A stretch of DNA of 64,000 nucleotides from Anaerolineae bacterium (GCA_013178165.1 JABLXG010000003.1:39711-103710), one strand, 5' to 3'; positions 1 through 10,311 are shown, numbered from the stretch's first letter. Notes: generated from the letters alone by a model not told the origin. Numbers and translations are program-made.

Positions 1-40
1 CATCTGGCTTGACGTGGATATTCACGTGAACGATGTGCAT
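1..40 (-). CDS. 5' end of an unidentified CDS running off the left edge (13 codons visible: MHIVHVNIHVKPD)
   Basis: ATG at 40..38 on the minus strand. It is preceded by a GGAGAGGAAA-type SD (complement of 45..57). Too short to assign a family. Confidence 0.3.
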   Translation of the reverse strand, partial: MHIVHVNIHVKPD

Positions 41-252
41 TGGGTTTCCTCTCCTGGTCACTGCCGGCCTGCGGCGCAGGTCGGCGAATCAGGCGCAACC
101 ACCGTAGTCAGAGCGGGCCACAACTTCTCTCAAGCGGCCTCTGCTGCCAGCCCGACCGGCCGCCGGGAAATGCCATTAGCTTCCGGTTAACCGATCCACC
201 GGTATTGTAGGGGAGCAGGCGTCGCTACACAAGGCATGAATACCCGGTACAG

Positions 253-282
253 TTGGGAACGCGGCAATTGATGGCCTATAAT
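253..282 (+). promoter_or_regulatory. candidate sigma70-type promoter upstream of nagA-like gene (TTGGGA-18-TATAAT)
   Basis: Perfect TATAAT at 277..282 and TTGGGA at 253..258. An 8-bp stem-loop (290..297 / 308..315) lies in the putative leader. Eye-predicted only. Confidence 0.3.
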
Positions 283-344
283 CGTGTCCGGATCGGAGGC
301 TAACGATTCCGATCCCGCTCGGCTATTCCCGGAGGAGGAGCACC

Positions 345-1484
345 ATGCTGAGGCTGTACGGGCCATTGCTGGCAGCTAACGGAGTCCTCACCGAAGGTGA
401 AGTGATCCTCGAAGGCGGTCAGATCGCGGCCATTCACCCCGGCCCACCGCAGGCCACACCGGCCCTCACCATCGATGGTATCCTCCTGCCCGGCTTCATC
501 GACCTCCAGATCAACGGCGCCTACGGCCACGATTTCATGGGCGAGCCAGAGTCCGTGATCGAAGTAGCGGCGCGGCTGCCCGCTACCGGCGTGACCGGTT
601 TCCTGCCGACAATCGTCGCCGCCCCGCTGGATCAGTACCCCGCCTGGCTGGAGCGCATCACCGCCGCCAGTCAGAAAGCACGCGGCGCAAAGGTGCTCGG
701 CCTGCACCTGGAAGGCCCTTTCCTGAACGAAGCCCGCAAGGCCACCAACCGCCCGGAATTGTTGCGTCAGCCGAATGTGGACGAACTGCGCCGGATGCTC
801 AACGGTTTTGTCCGCCTGATGACACTGGCCCCGGAATTGCCGGGTGCGCTGGAACTGGTGGCTGAGTTGCGGCGGAACGGTGTCGTGGCCTCTGCCGGAC
901 ACTCCGATGCCACCTACGAGCAGGCGATGGCCGGCTTCGCCGCCGGGATCAACTACGGCACGCACCTCTTCAATGCTATGCGCGGCATCCACCACCGCGA
1001 GCCGGGGTTGGTCGGTGCGCTGCTGGCCAGCCAGGTACCCGTCGGCCTGATCGTGGATGGCATCCACGCCCACCCGGAAATGGTGCGGCTGGCCTACAGG
1101 CTGAAGGGCGTCAACGGGATCACGCTGGTGACGGATACCATCGCCGCCCTGGGCATGGCGCCGGGGACCTACCAGCTCGGCACGCAGCGCGTCACCACGG
1201 ACGGCGTCAGCGCCCGGTTGGCCGACGGCGTCACCCTGGCCGGAGCCGTGTTGAGCATGGATGCGGCCATCCGCAACATGCGGGCGATCACCGGCTGCTC
1301 GCTGGCAGAAGCGGCAGCGATGGCCAGCACAACGCCCGCCCGCGTCCTGGGTTTGCTCCGCAAGGGCCAGATCGCCCCCGGCTTTGACGCCGATCTGACA
1401 GTCATGGATGAACAGGGGCAGATCACGCTGACCATCGTCGGGGGTGAAATCGTGTACCGGCGCGCGGAAGCGACGCCAGAGTGA
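345..1484 (+). CDS. nagA: N-acetylglucosamine-6-phosphate deacetylase family amidohydrolase
   Basis: 379-aa ORF. LLPGFIDLQINGAYGHDF matches the E. coli-type NagA first-strand motif (QxN instead of HxH). Length and overall pattern are those of NagA. GGAGGAGGAG SD lies 4 nt upstream. Confidence 0.85.
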   Translation: MLRLYGPLLAANGVLTEGEVILEGGQIAAIHPGPPQATPALTIDGILLPGFIDLQINGAYGHDFMGEPESVIEVAARLPATGVTGFLPTIVAAPLDQYPAWLERITAASQKARGAKVLGLHLEGPFLNEARKATNRPELLRQPNVDELRRMLNGFVRLMTLAPELPGALELVAELRRNGVVASAGHSDATYEQAMAGFAAGINYGTHLFNAMRGIHHREPGLVGALLASQVPVGLIVDGIHAHPEMVRLAYRLKGVNGITLVTDTIAALGMAPGTYQLGTQRVTTDGVSARLADGVTLAGAVLSMDAAIRNMRAITGCSLAEAAAMASTTPARVLGLLRKGQIAPGFDADLTVMDEQGQITLTIVGGEIVYRRAEATPE

Positions 1485-1500
1485 GGAAAGGTAGAGACCA

Positions 1501-2226
1501 ATGGCACGCCTGATCGATCTTTCAGGGAAGATCACCAGCGGGATGTGGGATTACAACCAGCTTGACCTGGGCGGGGCTGTCCTGCCGCCTGTGGAGATCA
1601 AACCGGTAGCTTCCATTGCCGCGCACGGCTTCGATGCGCACGCCCTGCAGCTTTCCACCCTGACCGGCAGCTACCTGGAGACTTCCGCCCATCTCATCGC
1701 AGGCGGCCCAACCATCGATCAGATCAGCGTGGAAGCTTTCATCCGTCCGGCGCGTATCCTGCGCCTGCCCCCCGCCAAACCCTACACGCTCATCCGCGTA
1801 GACGACCTGCGCCGCTGCGATCCGGGCATCCGGGAGGGCGAGGCGCTGCTGATCGACACCGGCTGGGGGCGGCGCTGGAACCAGCCGGAATACGTGACTC
1901 AGGCGCCGGCCTTTGCCCGCTCCACCCTCGCCTGGTTCTTAGAACAACCTTTCAGTATCCTGGGGTTGGACACACCGGTGATGGAATGCCGGTGGGCTGA
2001 TCGGGTTGACGCGGACATCCAGGATGAGGTGGGCAGCCTGCTCGCTCCCCTTTACAAGCGGGGGATGCTCTTGCTGGCGCCGCTGGTCAACCTGGATCAG
2101 GCCGATACCCTGGAAGGGACGCTGATCGCCTTTCCGCTGAACATTGCCGGAGTCTGTTCGACGCCATGCCGGGCGGTGTTCGTGGAAAGCGTGCGCTGGC
2201 CGCCCGATCCGTCGGGCGCGGCTTGA
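1501..2226 (+). CDS. putative cyclase / kynurenine-formamidase-fold protein with a degenerate metal motif
   Basis: 241-aa ORF 16 nt after nagA. General resemblance to the putative-cyclase family, from memory. The HxGTHxDxPxH region reads LTGSYLETSAH. Coding is confident; the family call is tentative. Confidence 0.55.
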   Translation: MARLIDLSGKITSGMWDYNQLDLGGAVLPPVEIKPVASIAAHGFDAHALQLSTLTGSYLETSAHLIAGGPTIDQISVEAFIRPARILRLPPAKPYTLIRVDDLRRCDPGIREGEALLIDTGWGRRWNQPEYVTQAPAFARSTLAWFLEQPFSILGLDTPVMECRWADRVDADIQDEVGSLLAPLYKRGMLLLAPLVNLDQADTLEGTLIAFPLNIAGVCSTPCRAVFVESVRWPPDPSGAA

Positions 2227-2251
2227 CGCGGATTCGTCAGTCGGGTAAAGT
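2223..2251 (+). promoter_or_regulatory. candidate promoter for iolA (TTGACG-17-TAAAGT)
   Basis: The -35 overlaps the stop codon of the upstream gene. A GGACAAT half-site (2254..2260) lies directly downstream of the -10. Eye-predicted. Confidence 0.3.
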
Positions 2252-2327
2252 GCGGACAATACACCCAACCCGCTCCAACGCCTCTCAATGGTTCACCTTT
2301 TACCCTGCTCACCAGTGAGAAACTGCT

Positions 2328-3806
2328 ATGTCTCAACAACCTGTCCTGCGTAATTACATCAACGGCCAGTGGCACAACTCCGGTTCGTCTACCGTGCTAC
2401 CCGTCACCAACCCGGCCACCGCTCAGACGCTCACTCATGTCCCGCTATCACCGGCTGTCGAAGTTGATGCGGCGGCCCAGGCTGCCCTGAAGGCCTTTCA
2501 GGAGTGGCGGCGTACCCCTGCCCCAGACCGGATTCAGTTCCTTTTCAAGCTCAAATTCTTGCTAGAAGAGCACCTCGACGAGCTGGCCCGCATCGTGACC
2601 AACGAATGCGGCAAGACCTACGCCGAGAGCGTGGGCGAAATCCGGCGTGGCATCGAGAACATCGAGGTTGCCTGTGGCATCCCCAGCCTGATGCAGGGCT
2701 ACAACAACGAGGACATCGCCCGCGGCATCGACGAGCACATGATTCGGCAGCCGCTGGGCGTTGTGGCGGCCATCACCCCCTTCAACTTCCCGGCCATGAT
2801 CCCGCTGTGGTTCCTGCCTTACGCCGTCGCTACCGGCAACTGCTTCATCCTCAAGCCCAGCGAGCGCGTCCCGATGGCCAGCCAGCGCCTGTTTGAACTG
2901 ATCGCTCAGGCGGGCTTCCCGCCGGGCGTGCTGCAGCTGGTCAATGGCAGCAAAGAAACCGTCGACGCCATCCTGGATCACCCGGCAATCCGGGCGATCA
3001 GCTTCGTCGGCTCCACGCCGGTCGCCCGTTACATCTACCGCCGGGCCGCGGAAAATGGTAAGCGTGCCCAGTGCCAGGGTGGGGCCAAGAACCCGGTCGT
3101 GATTATGCCGGATGCCGACATGGTCACCACCACGCGCATCATGGCTGATTCAGCCTTTGGCTGCGCCGGGCAGCGTTGCCTGGCGGCGTCCGTGGCCATC
3201 ACCGTTGGCGGAGCCAGGAACACCTTCACCGAAGCCATCGCCGAAGCTGCTGCCACCCGCGTGGTCGGCTACGGGCTGGATCCGGGTGTGGAGATGGGGC
3301 CGGTCATCACCGCGCAGAGCAAAGAACGCATTGAGGGCCTGATTGCAAAAGGCGCTCAGGAAGGCGCCAGCGTGCTCGTGGATGGGCGGGGTAAGCGAGT
3401 CAACGGCTATGAGGACGGCTATTTCATCTTCCCTACGGTTCTGGATGACGTACCGCCGGATAGCGAGATCGCTCATACCGAGATCTTCGGCCCCGTCCTG
3501 AGCCTGATGCATGTCCAGACGCTGGACGAAGCCATCGAGCTGGTCAACAACCGCCGCTATGGCAATATGGCCTGTATCTTCACCAGCGATGGCGCCAGCG
3601 CCCGCCGGTTCCGTTACGAGGCCAACGCCGGCAATATCGGCATCAACATCGGCGTGGCCGCACCGATGGCCTTCTTCCCCTTCAGCGGCTGGGGGGAAAG
3701 CTTCTTTGGGGACCTGCACGGCCAGGCCTGGCACGGCGTCGAATTCTACACGCAAACTAAGGTCGTGATCGAGCGCTGGCCGCGGGACTGGAGCCGCCGC
3801 TTCTAA
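2328..3806 (+). CDS. iolA: CoA-acylating methylmalonate/malonate-semialdehyde dehydrogenase
   Basis: 492-aa aldehyde dehydrogenase. N-terminal NYINGQW and C-terminal [15 protein letters not shown] are typical of MmsA/IolA. It heads the iolCBDEG block. Confidence 0.9.
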   Translation: MSQQPVLRNYINGQWHNSGSSTVLPVTNPATAQTLTHVPLSPAVEVDAAAQAALKAFQEWRRTPAPDRIQFLFKLKFLLEEHLDELARIVTNECGKTYAESVGEIRRGIENIEVACGIPSLMQGYNNEDIARGIDEHMIRQPLGVVAAITPFNFPAMIPLWFLPYAVATGNCFILKPSERVPMASQRLFELIAQAGFPPGVLQLVNGSKETVDAILDHPAIRAISFVGSTPVARYIYRRAAENGKRAQCQGGAKNPVVIMPDADMVTTTRIMADSAFGCAGQRCLAASVAITVGGARNTFTEAIAEAAATRVVGYGLDPGVEMGPVITAQSKERIEGLIAKGAQEGASVLVDGRGKRVNGYEDGYFIFPTVLDDVPPDSEIAHTEIFGPVLSLMHVQTLDEAIELVNNRRYGNMACIFTSDGASARRFRYEANAGNIGINIGVAAPMAFFPFSGWGESFFGDLHGQAWHGVEFYTQTKVVIERWPRDWSRRF

Positions 3807-3811
3807 TCCAT

Positions 3812-4843
3812 GTGCACATAAGGGAAAACGCCTTGGACAAAGCCTACGATCTCCTGAGCATTGGCCGCAGCGGGATTGACCTGTACTCCAACGACATCGG
3901 CGTGCCGTTCGAGCAGATCACCAGCTTCGCGGCCTATGTCGGTGGCTCCCCCACCAACATCAGTGTGGGGGCCAACCGCCTGGGGTTGAAGACCGCCCTG
4001 CTGACCGGCCTGGGCCAGGACCTGGTCGGCGACTTCATCCTCCATTTCCTGAACAAAGAAGGCATCGATACCCGCTACATCGTGCGTAAGCCCGGTCGGC
4101 GCAGCGCCGCCGTGTTGCTTGGCATCCAGCCGCCGGATCGCTTTCCGCTGGTCTTTTACCGCGACAACTGCGCCGACACCGAGATCACAATCGACGATGT
4201 ACTGGCCGCCCCAATCGGGCAGGCCAGGGTCGTGCAGATCGCCGGGACTAACCTGACCAAGGAACCTGCCCGCAGCGCCACCTTTTTTGCCGCGGAGCTG
4301 GCCCGCGAGCACGGCGCAAAAGTCGTTCTGGACATCGACTTCCGCCCCGACCAGTGGCATGATGTACGCGCCTTCGGCGTGATGATCCGCGCCCTGCTGC
4401 CGCTGGTGGATACTGCCATTGGTACTGAGGATGAGATCAATGCGGCGATGCTGAGCGACCCCACCCAGGTCAGGCCAACCCAGTCGCTTTCGGACACGCG
4501 GGTAGCTGGCGATGTCGAGCATGCCATCGCCACGCTGCTCAGTCGCGGCCCGCAGGCCCTGATCCAGAAGCGCGGGGCGCACGGCGTCCGCCTTCACCTG
4601 GCCAGCGGCGAAGTCATCGATGTGCCGGGCTTCCCGGTCGAGGTCTACAACATTCTGGGGGCCGGCGATGCCTTCGCCGCCGGTTTTCTGTACGGCTATG
4701 TCAAGGGCTGGAGCTGGTACCGCGCCGCCCGGCTGGGCAACGCCTGCGGCGCGATCGTCGTCACCAAGCACGGCTGCGCCAACTTCATGCCCACTATGGC
4801 CGAGGTCGAAGCGTTCGTCCGGCCCTATGGCGGTCTGGAGTGA
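3812..4843 (+). CDS. iolC: 5-dehydro-2-deoxygluconokinase (PfkB family)
   Basis: YDLLSIGRSGIDLYSNDIGVPFEQITSFAAYVGGSPTNISVG is IolC-like. PfkB GAGDAF motif present. The ORF starts at GTG 3812. TTG 3833 has a better SD (AAGGGAA), so the start is uncertain. Confidence 0.88.
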   Translation: MHIRENALDKAYDLLSIGRSGIDLYSNDIGVPFEQITSFAAYVGGSPTNISVGANRLGLKTALLTGLGQDLVGDFILHFLNKEGIDTRYIVRKPGRRSAAVLLGIQPPDRFPLVFYRDNCADTEITIDDVLAAPIGQARVVQIAGTNLTKEPARSATFFAAELAREHGAKVVLDIDFRPDQWHDVRAFGVMIRALLPLVDTAIGTEDEINAAMLSDPTQVRPTQSLSDTRVAGDVEHAIATLLSRGPQALIQKRGAHGVRLHLASGEVIDVPGFPVEVYNILGAGDAFAAGFLYGYVKGWSWYRAARLGNACGAIVVTKHGCANFMPTMAEVEAFVRPYGGLE

Positions 4844-4858
4844 AAAGGACAGCAAATC

Positions 4859-5749
4859 ATGAACTACACAGCTGAAACGCTCCTCATCCGCGCCACAGAC
4901 AACGGCAGCACAGGTATCTTTGCCGAAGTCACGCCGGAACGCGCCGGCTGGCACTACCTGAACATGGCCGCTCGCCGCCTGAATCACGGCGAGCGCTGGG
5001 CCGCCACCACCGGTGAGCACGAATACGCCCATGTCATCCTGGGCGGTGTGTGCCACATCCGCACCAGCCGGGGCGATTTTCTCAAGATTGGCCGCCGCCC
5101 GAACGTCTTCAGCGGCATGCCTTATGCCCTCTACCTGCCCCGCCGCACCGACTTTGAGATCGAGGCACTGACTGACGGCTTCGAGGTGGCCAGCTGCTGG
5201 GTGCCCACCGACCAGGATCATCCCGCCCGGCTGGTCACGCCTGTTGACAGCACGATCGAACTGCGCGGCGGCGGCAATGCCTCCCGCCAGATCAACAGCA
5301 TCATCCCGCCGGGTTTTGACTGTCACCGCATCGTGGCCTGCGAGGTCTACACGCCGGGCGGTAACTGGTCCAGCTATCCGCCGCACAAGCATGACGTCCA
5401 CCGCGAGGATGGGCATGGGAACCTGTTGGAGGCTGACCTGGAGGAAATCTACTTCTACAAGATCGACCGGCCTGAAGGCTACGCCTACCAGCGCGTCTAT
5501 AACGACGATCGCTCCATCGACGCGCTGATGCTGGCCCGGCAGCACGATTGCGTGCTCGTCCCGGAAGGCTACCATCCGGTCGTCAGCGCCCACGGCTATA
5601 CCACGTACTACCTTAACTTCCTGGCCGGGTCGGCCCAGTCGCTGGCCGCCACTGACGATCCGGCCTATGCCTGGATCAAAAGCACCTGGACGGCGATCGA
5701 TCCGCGCCTGCCAGTGGTGGATCACGACATGGAGCCGGTGCAGCTGTAA
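4859..5749 (+). CDS. iolB: 5-deoxy-glucuronate isomerase
   Basis: 296-aa ORF of IolB length, with a cupin-like YPPHKHD motif. It sits between iolC and iolD. Confidence 0.85.
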   Translation: MNYTAETLLIRATDNGSTGIFAEVTPERAGWHYLNMAARRLNHGERWAATTGEHEYAHVILGGVCHIRTSRGDFLKIGRRPNVFSGMPYALYLPRRTDFEIEALTDGFEVASCWVPTDQDHPARLVTPVDSTIELRGGGNASRQINSIIPPGFDCHRIVACEVYTPGGNWSSYPPHKHDVHREDGHGNLLEADLEEIYFYKIDRPEGYAYQRVYNDDRSIDALMLARQHDCVLVPEGYHPVVSAHGYTTYYLNFLAGSAQSLAATDDPAYAWIKSTWTAIDPRLPVVDHDMEPVQL

Positions 5750-5759
5750 GGGGGGGGAG

Positions 5760-7625
5760 ATGACCACCAGACGATTGACCATGGCGCAGGCGCTCATTGC
5801 GTTCCTGCAGAATCAGTTCGTCGAGCGCGACGGGGTGGAAAACCCGTTTTTCGCCGGAGCATGGGGAATCTTCGGCCACGGCAACGTAGCCGGGATTGGC
5901 CAGGCCCTGCAGCAATACGCGGCTACCTTCCGCTACTACCAGACCCGCAACGAACAGGCGATGGTTCACCTGGCCGTGGCCTACGCCAAGATGAAAAACC
6001 GCCTGCAGACCTTCGCCTGCACGTCGTCCATTGGCCCCGGCGCGACCAACATGATCACCGGCGCGGCGACCGCCACCGTCAACCGCATCCCGGTGCTGCT
6101 GCTGCCCGGCGACATCTTCGCCGGGCGTCTGCAGGCTCCCGTGCTCCAGCAGCTCGAATGGGAGCATTCGCAGGACATCTCGGTTAACGACTGCTTCAAG
6201 CCGGTCTCCCGCTACTGGGACCGCCTGACCCGCCCGGAGCAACTCCTGACCGCCCTGCCGGAGGCCATGCGTGTGCTGACCTCCCCGGCGGATACTGGCG
6301 CGGTGACGCTGGCCCTGCCGCAGGATGTGCAGACGATGGCCTATGATTACCCGGAAGTATTCTTCCGGCGGCGGGTCTGGCACATCCCGCGCAATCGTCC
6401 CGACGCCGCTCTGCTGCAGCAGGCCGCTGAATGGATCCGCGCCAGCCGCCAGCCGCTGATCATCGCCGGAGGCGGAGTCCACTACAGTGATGCGACGGCC
6501 ATGCTGCGCCGCTTTGTAGAAGCAACCGGCATCCCCGTCGGGGAAACACAGGCTGGCAAGGGCGCCCTGCCCTACAACCATCCATCCTGCCTGGGCGCGA
6601 TCGGCGCGACTGGCACCCGTGGTGCGAACCTGATCGCCCGCGAGGCTGACCTGATCATCGGCATTGGCACGCGCTACACCGATTTCACCACCGCCTCCAA
6701 GACCCAGTTCCAGAACCCGGACCTGCGCTTTATCAACATCAACGTGGCCGAGTTTGACGCCGGGAAGCACAGCGCCATCCCCCTGGTCGGCGACGCCCGC
6801 GCAACGCTGGAAGAACTGCTCGGTCTGCTGGAAGGCTGGGCGGTCGATCCGGCCTACCGGGGACGCTGCGCCGACTACAATACTGCCTGGGACGCCGAAG
6901 TCGAGCGCATCTACAACCTGGAGCACGGCCCGCTGCTCAGCCAGGGGGAGGTGATCGGTGTGCTCAACAGGCTCACCCGCCCGCAGGACGTGGTGCTTTG
7001 CGCGGCGGGCAGCCTGCCCGGCGACCTGCACAAGCTCTGGCGCACCCGCGACCCCAAAGGCTACCACCTGGAATACGGCTATTCCTGCATGGGCTACGAG
7101 ATTCCGGGCGGGATCGGGGTCAAGATGGCCGCGCCGGAGCGCGATGTCTGGGTGATGGTCGGCGACGGCTCCTACCTGATGATGCCCACTGAAATCGTCA
7201 CTGCCGTGCAGGAAGGCATCGCCGTCAAGATCGTACTGCTGGATAATCACGGCTTCGCCAGCATTGGTGGGCTTTCCAAGAGCGTGGGCAGCGACGGCTT
7301 CGGCACCAAGTACCGTTACCGCACCGCCTCCGGTCATCTGGACGGCGAGGTGCTGCCGATCGATTACGCCGCCAACGCGGAAAGCCTGGGTGCGCGCGTG
7401 TTCCGCGCCAACAGCCGGGACACCCTGGCCGACGCTGTGCGCCAGGCTCAGCAGATCACTGACCGCCCGGTATGCATCGTTGTGGAAACCGACCGCCGCC
7501 AGCGTGTGGGCAGCTACGAATCCTGGTGGGATGTGGCCGTGGCGGAAGTCTCGGAAAATCCCGACGTACAGGCCGCCCGCCACGAATATGAGGTGCGCAA
7601 GCGTCAGCAGCGCCACTACCTGTGA
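5760..7625 (+). CDS. iolD: 3D-(3,5/4)-trihydroxycyclohexane-1,2-dione acylhydrolase (ThDP enzyme)
   Basis: MTTRRLTMAQALIAFLQNQF start and ThDP-family GDGSYLM motif. I chose ATG 5760 (GGGGGGAG SD) over the upstream in-frame ATG 5667, which overlaps iolB. Confidence 0.9.
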   Translation: MTTRRLTMAQALIAFLQNQFVERDGVENPFFAGAWGIFGHGNVAGIGQALQQYAATFRYYQTRNEQAMVHLAVAYAKMKNRLQTFACTSSIGPGATNMITGAATATVNRIPVLLLPGDIFAGRLQAPVLQQLEWEHSQDISVNDCFKPVSRYWDRLTRPEQLLTALPEAMRVLTSPADTGAVTLALPQDVQTMAYDYPEVFFRRRVWHIPRNRPDAALLQQAAEWIRASRQPLIIAGGGVHYSDATAMLRRFVEATGIPVGETQAGKGALPYNHPSCLGAIGATGTRGANLIAREADLIIGIGTRYTDFTTASKTQFQNPDLRFININVAEFDAGKHSAIPLVGDARATLEELLGLLEGWAVDPAYRGRCADYNTAWDAEVERIYNLEHGPLLSQGEVIGVLNRLTRPQDVVLCAAGSLPGDLHKLWRTRDPKGYHLEYGYSCMGYEIPGGIGVKMAAPERDVWVMVGDGSYLMMPTEIVTAVQEGIAVKIVLLDNHGFASIGGLSKSVGSDGFGTKYRYRTASGHLDGEVLPIDYAANAESLGARVFRANSRDTLADAVRQAQQITDRPVCIVVETDRRQRVGSYESWWDVAVAEVSENPDVQAARHEYEVRKRQQRHYL

Positions 7626-7654
7626 TAACCCGCAACAAGGAGAAGAGGAGAGGC

Positions 7655-8566
7655 ATGAGCGAACCAAACATTCGCGTTGCTAACGCGCCCTGTTCCTGGG
7701 GTGTGCTGGAATTTGGCCTGGAAGGCCAGGCGGCAGGCTACGCGCAGGTCCTGGACGAAATTGCCGCCACCGGCTACGTTGGCACCGAACTGGGCGACTG
7801 GGGCTTTATGCCCACTGACCCCGCCGCCCTGCGGGCCGAACTGGACCGGCGCGGCCTGACCCTGATGGCGGCATTTGTGCCTGTGGCGCTCAAGGATCGG
7901 ACTACTCACGCCACTGGCGAAGGGGTAGCCGTGCGCACTGCCCGCCTGCTGCGCGAGGCAGCAGGGGAAGAGTGCTTCATCGTCCTGGCCGACGCCAACG
8001 GGACCGTCCCCGTCCGCACCAAGAACGCCGGGCGGATTTCCCCCATTCACGGCCTGACCGAACCGGAATGGGAGACCTTCGCCGATGGCGTGGAGCGCAT
8101 CGCGGCGGCCGTCCAGCGGGTGACCGGCCTGCGCACCGTCTTCCATCACCACTGCGCCGGCTACATCGAAACCCCTTCCGAGATCGACCGGCTGATGACT
8201 ATGACCGATCCGCAACTGGTCGGGCTGGTGCTGGATACCGGCCACGCCATGTTCGGCGGCGGCGATCCGCTGGCGATGTTGCGCCACTACCGCGACCGCA
8301 TCTGGCACGTGCACTTCAAGGACTTCGACCCGCAGGTGGCCGCGCAGGGACGGGCGGAAGGCTGGGACTACTTCGAGGCCGTGCGGCATGGCATCTTCTG
8401 TGAGCTGGGCAAAGGCGCGGTAGACTTCCCGGCAGTGCTGGCTGATCTGAAGGCGCACGGCTACAGTGGCTGGATCGTCGTTGAGCAGGATGTCCTGCCC
8501 TCGCTGGGATCGCCCCGGGCCAGCGCCCAGCGTAACCGCGATTACCTGCGCAGCATCGGCCTGTAA
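7655..8566 (+). CDS. iolE: inosose (2-keto-myo-inositol) dehydratase, xylose-isomerase-like TIM barrel
   Basis: NIRVANAPCSWGVLEF is the typical IolE N-terminus. ATG 7655 follows AAGGAGAAGAGGAG. Confidence 0.88.
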   Translation: MSEPNIRVANAPCSWGVLEFGLEGQAAGYAQVLDEIAATGYVGTELGDWGFMPTDPAALRAELDRRGLTLMAAFVPVALKDRTTHATGEGVAVRTARLLREAAGEECFIVLADANGTVPVRTKNAGRISPIHGLTEPEWETFADGVERIAAAVQRVTGLRTVFHHHCAGYIETPSEIDRLMTMTDPQLVGLVLDTGHAMFGGGDPLAMLRHYRDRIWHVHFKDFDPQVAAQGRAEGWDYFEAVRHGIFCELGKGAVDFPAVLADLKAHGYSGWIVVEQDVLPSLGSPRASAQRNRDYLRSIGL

Positions 8567-8629
8567 CCCTTTGCGTTTCCGGGCCGTGCAGCGGGGCGCG
8601 GCCCGCCCGATTTCTGGAACGAGGTACGT

Positions 8630-9640
8630 ATGACCATCAATATTGGCGTCATCGGCGCCGGACGCATCGGCAAAGTCCACGCGGAAAACATCGCCTACCG
8701 CATCCCGGAGGCGCGGGTGCTGGCGGTGGCGGATGTTGCCAGCGAGGCGGCCCAGGGACTGGCCGCCCGGCTGAATATCCCTGTCGCTACGACCGACTAC
8801 CGCGAGGTCCTGGCCCGGCCAGAGATCGACGCCGTGCTCGTTTGCTCTTCCACCGATACCCACGCCCGGATCATCATCGATGCTGCCGCCGCCGGCAAAC
8901 ATATCTTCACCGAAAAGCCGATCGACCTCGACCTGGCGGTGGTAGATAGCGCCCTGGCGGCGGTGGAAAAAGCGGGCGTCAAGTTCTTCGTGGGCTTCAA
9001 CCGCCGCTTTGACCCGACCTTCGCCCGCGTGCGGGAGGCCATCGCCAGCGGCGCAATCGGCGACGTGCACCTGCTGCACATCATCAGCCGCGATCCAGCT
9101 CCGCCGCCCATCGCCTACGTCCGCGTCTCCGGCGGTATGTTCGTCGACATGACGATCCACGACTTCGACATGGCCCGCTTCCTGGTGGGCAGCGAGGTTG
9201 AAGAAGTCTACACCCGCGCCGCGGTGCGCGTCGACCCGGCCATCGGTGCGGCAGGCGACGTAGACACCGCGGTGATCGTGCTCACCTTCGCCAATGGCGC
9301 CATCGCCACCATCGACAACAGCCGCCGCGCCGTGTACGGTTACGATCAGCGCGTCGATGTACTGGGCAGCAAGGGCGGGATCACCACCGGCAACCTGTTC
9401 CCCAATCAGGTCACCTTCAGCACTGCGGAAGCCATCTGCCGCGATCTGCCGCTTAACTTCTTCATGGAGCGCTATACAGAAAGCTACGTGCGGGAGATTC
9501 AGGCCTTCATTGACACGGTAGTCAACGACCGCCCGCCGGTCGTCACCGGGCGCGATGGGCGCGTACCGATTGCCATCGCCCGCGCGGCGCGGCTCTCCTA
9601 CGAGGAGAATCGCCCCGTCCGGCTGAGCGAGATCGGCTGA
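8630..9640 (+). CDS. iolG: inositol 2-dehydrogenase (Gfo/Idh/MocA family)
   Basis: INIGVIGAGRIGKVHAENI Rossmann start and EKPI motif. It is the last gene of the iol block. Confidence 0.85.
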   Translation: MTINIGVIGAGRIGKVHAENIAYRIPEARVLAVADVASEAAQGLAARLNIPVATTDYREVLARPEIDAVLVCSSTDTHARIIIDAAAAGKHIFTEKPIDLDLAVVDSALAAVEKAGVKFFVGFNRRFDPTFARVREAIASGAIGDVHLLHIISRDPAPPPIAYVRVSGGMFVDMTIHDFDMARFLVGSEVEEVYTRAAVRVDPAIGAAGDVDTAVIVLTFANGAIATIDNSRRAVYGYDQRVDVLGSKGGITTGNLFPNQVTFSTAEAICRDLPLNFFMERYTESYVREIQAFIDTVVNDRPPVVTGRDGRVPIAIARAARLSYEENRPVRLSEIG

Positions 9641-9673
9641 CCTCCGGCATTTGCCGCCAGGCGATAGCAGAAA

Positions 9674-9710
9674 GACACCGGCAGAGCATGCCAGGCCCTC
9701 TGCCGGTGTC
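9674..9710. terminator. 13-bp perfect stem-loop between convergent iolG and ykgJ-like genes
   Basis: GACACCGGCAGAG (9674..9686) pairs with CTCTGCCGGTGTC (9698..9710) around an 11-nt loop. The T-run (TTTCTG) lies on the minus-strand side. Confidence 0.5.
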
Positions 9711-9735
9711 GATCTTGAAAAAGGGGCGAACTGCT

Positions 9736-10152
9736 TCAGGCGGCAGAAGCCACACCCTGCCAGTCCGGAGTGTGCATTGTCTCCGTTTCAAACAGCGGCG
9801 GCAATCCCCAGGCCGCCCTGGCGCGGGTACAACGCGCCAGATCGGCTTCCTCGTAGTGCAACACCCCGTCAGCCCACTCAACAGCAAACTCACGGCAGGG
9901 CGATGGCCGCTGCTCGTAGATCGCGCAGGTTACCGCCCTGCCGATCTGGCCGGTCAGGGCGGCGCAGCGCGGCTGGCGGCCGCTGGTTCCCTTCATGCAG
10001 CGGCGCAGCGGGCCAAGGTCTTCAGTGAGCGCCAGCGGGACGGTGCCGCCCGGCGCATCGTCAGCCTCCGCCCAGTAGAACGAAACGCGAAAATGGGCAC
10101 AGCATGCCCCACAGGTCAGGCAGGGATTGGTTAGCATCACCTTGTCGGGCAT
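9736..10152 (-). CDS. YkgJ-family cysteine-cluster (CxxCxxCC) protein
   Basis: [15 protein letters not shown] and a later C..C pattern are typical of the UPF0153/YkgJ zinc- or iron-chelating domain. Confidence 0.8.
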   Translation of the reverse strand: MPDKVMLTNPCLTCGACCAHFRVSFYWAEADDAPGGTVPLALTEDLGPLRRCMKGTSGRQPRCAALTGQIGRAVTCAIYEQRPSPCREFAVEWADGVLHYEEADLARCTRARAAWGLPPLFETETMHTPDWQGVASAA

Positions 10153-10311
10153 AGAACAGCAACGGCGGATCCTCCGTCACGAACGCCAGCCGGTAATGGC
10201 TGATGCTTCCGTCACAACTGCAAGATACCTGCCATTATAAGAAGGCTGCCCATCCTGAGAACGTGTAAGCTGCACGAAGCTTCTCAGGCAGCACACCGAT
10301 TTTTCCCCCAC

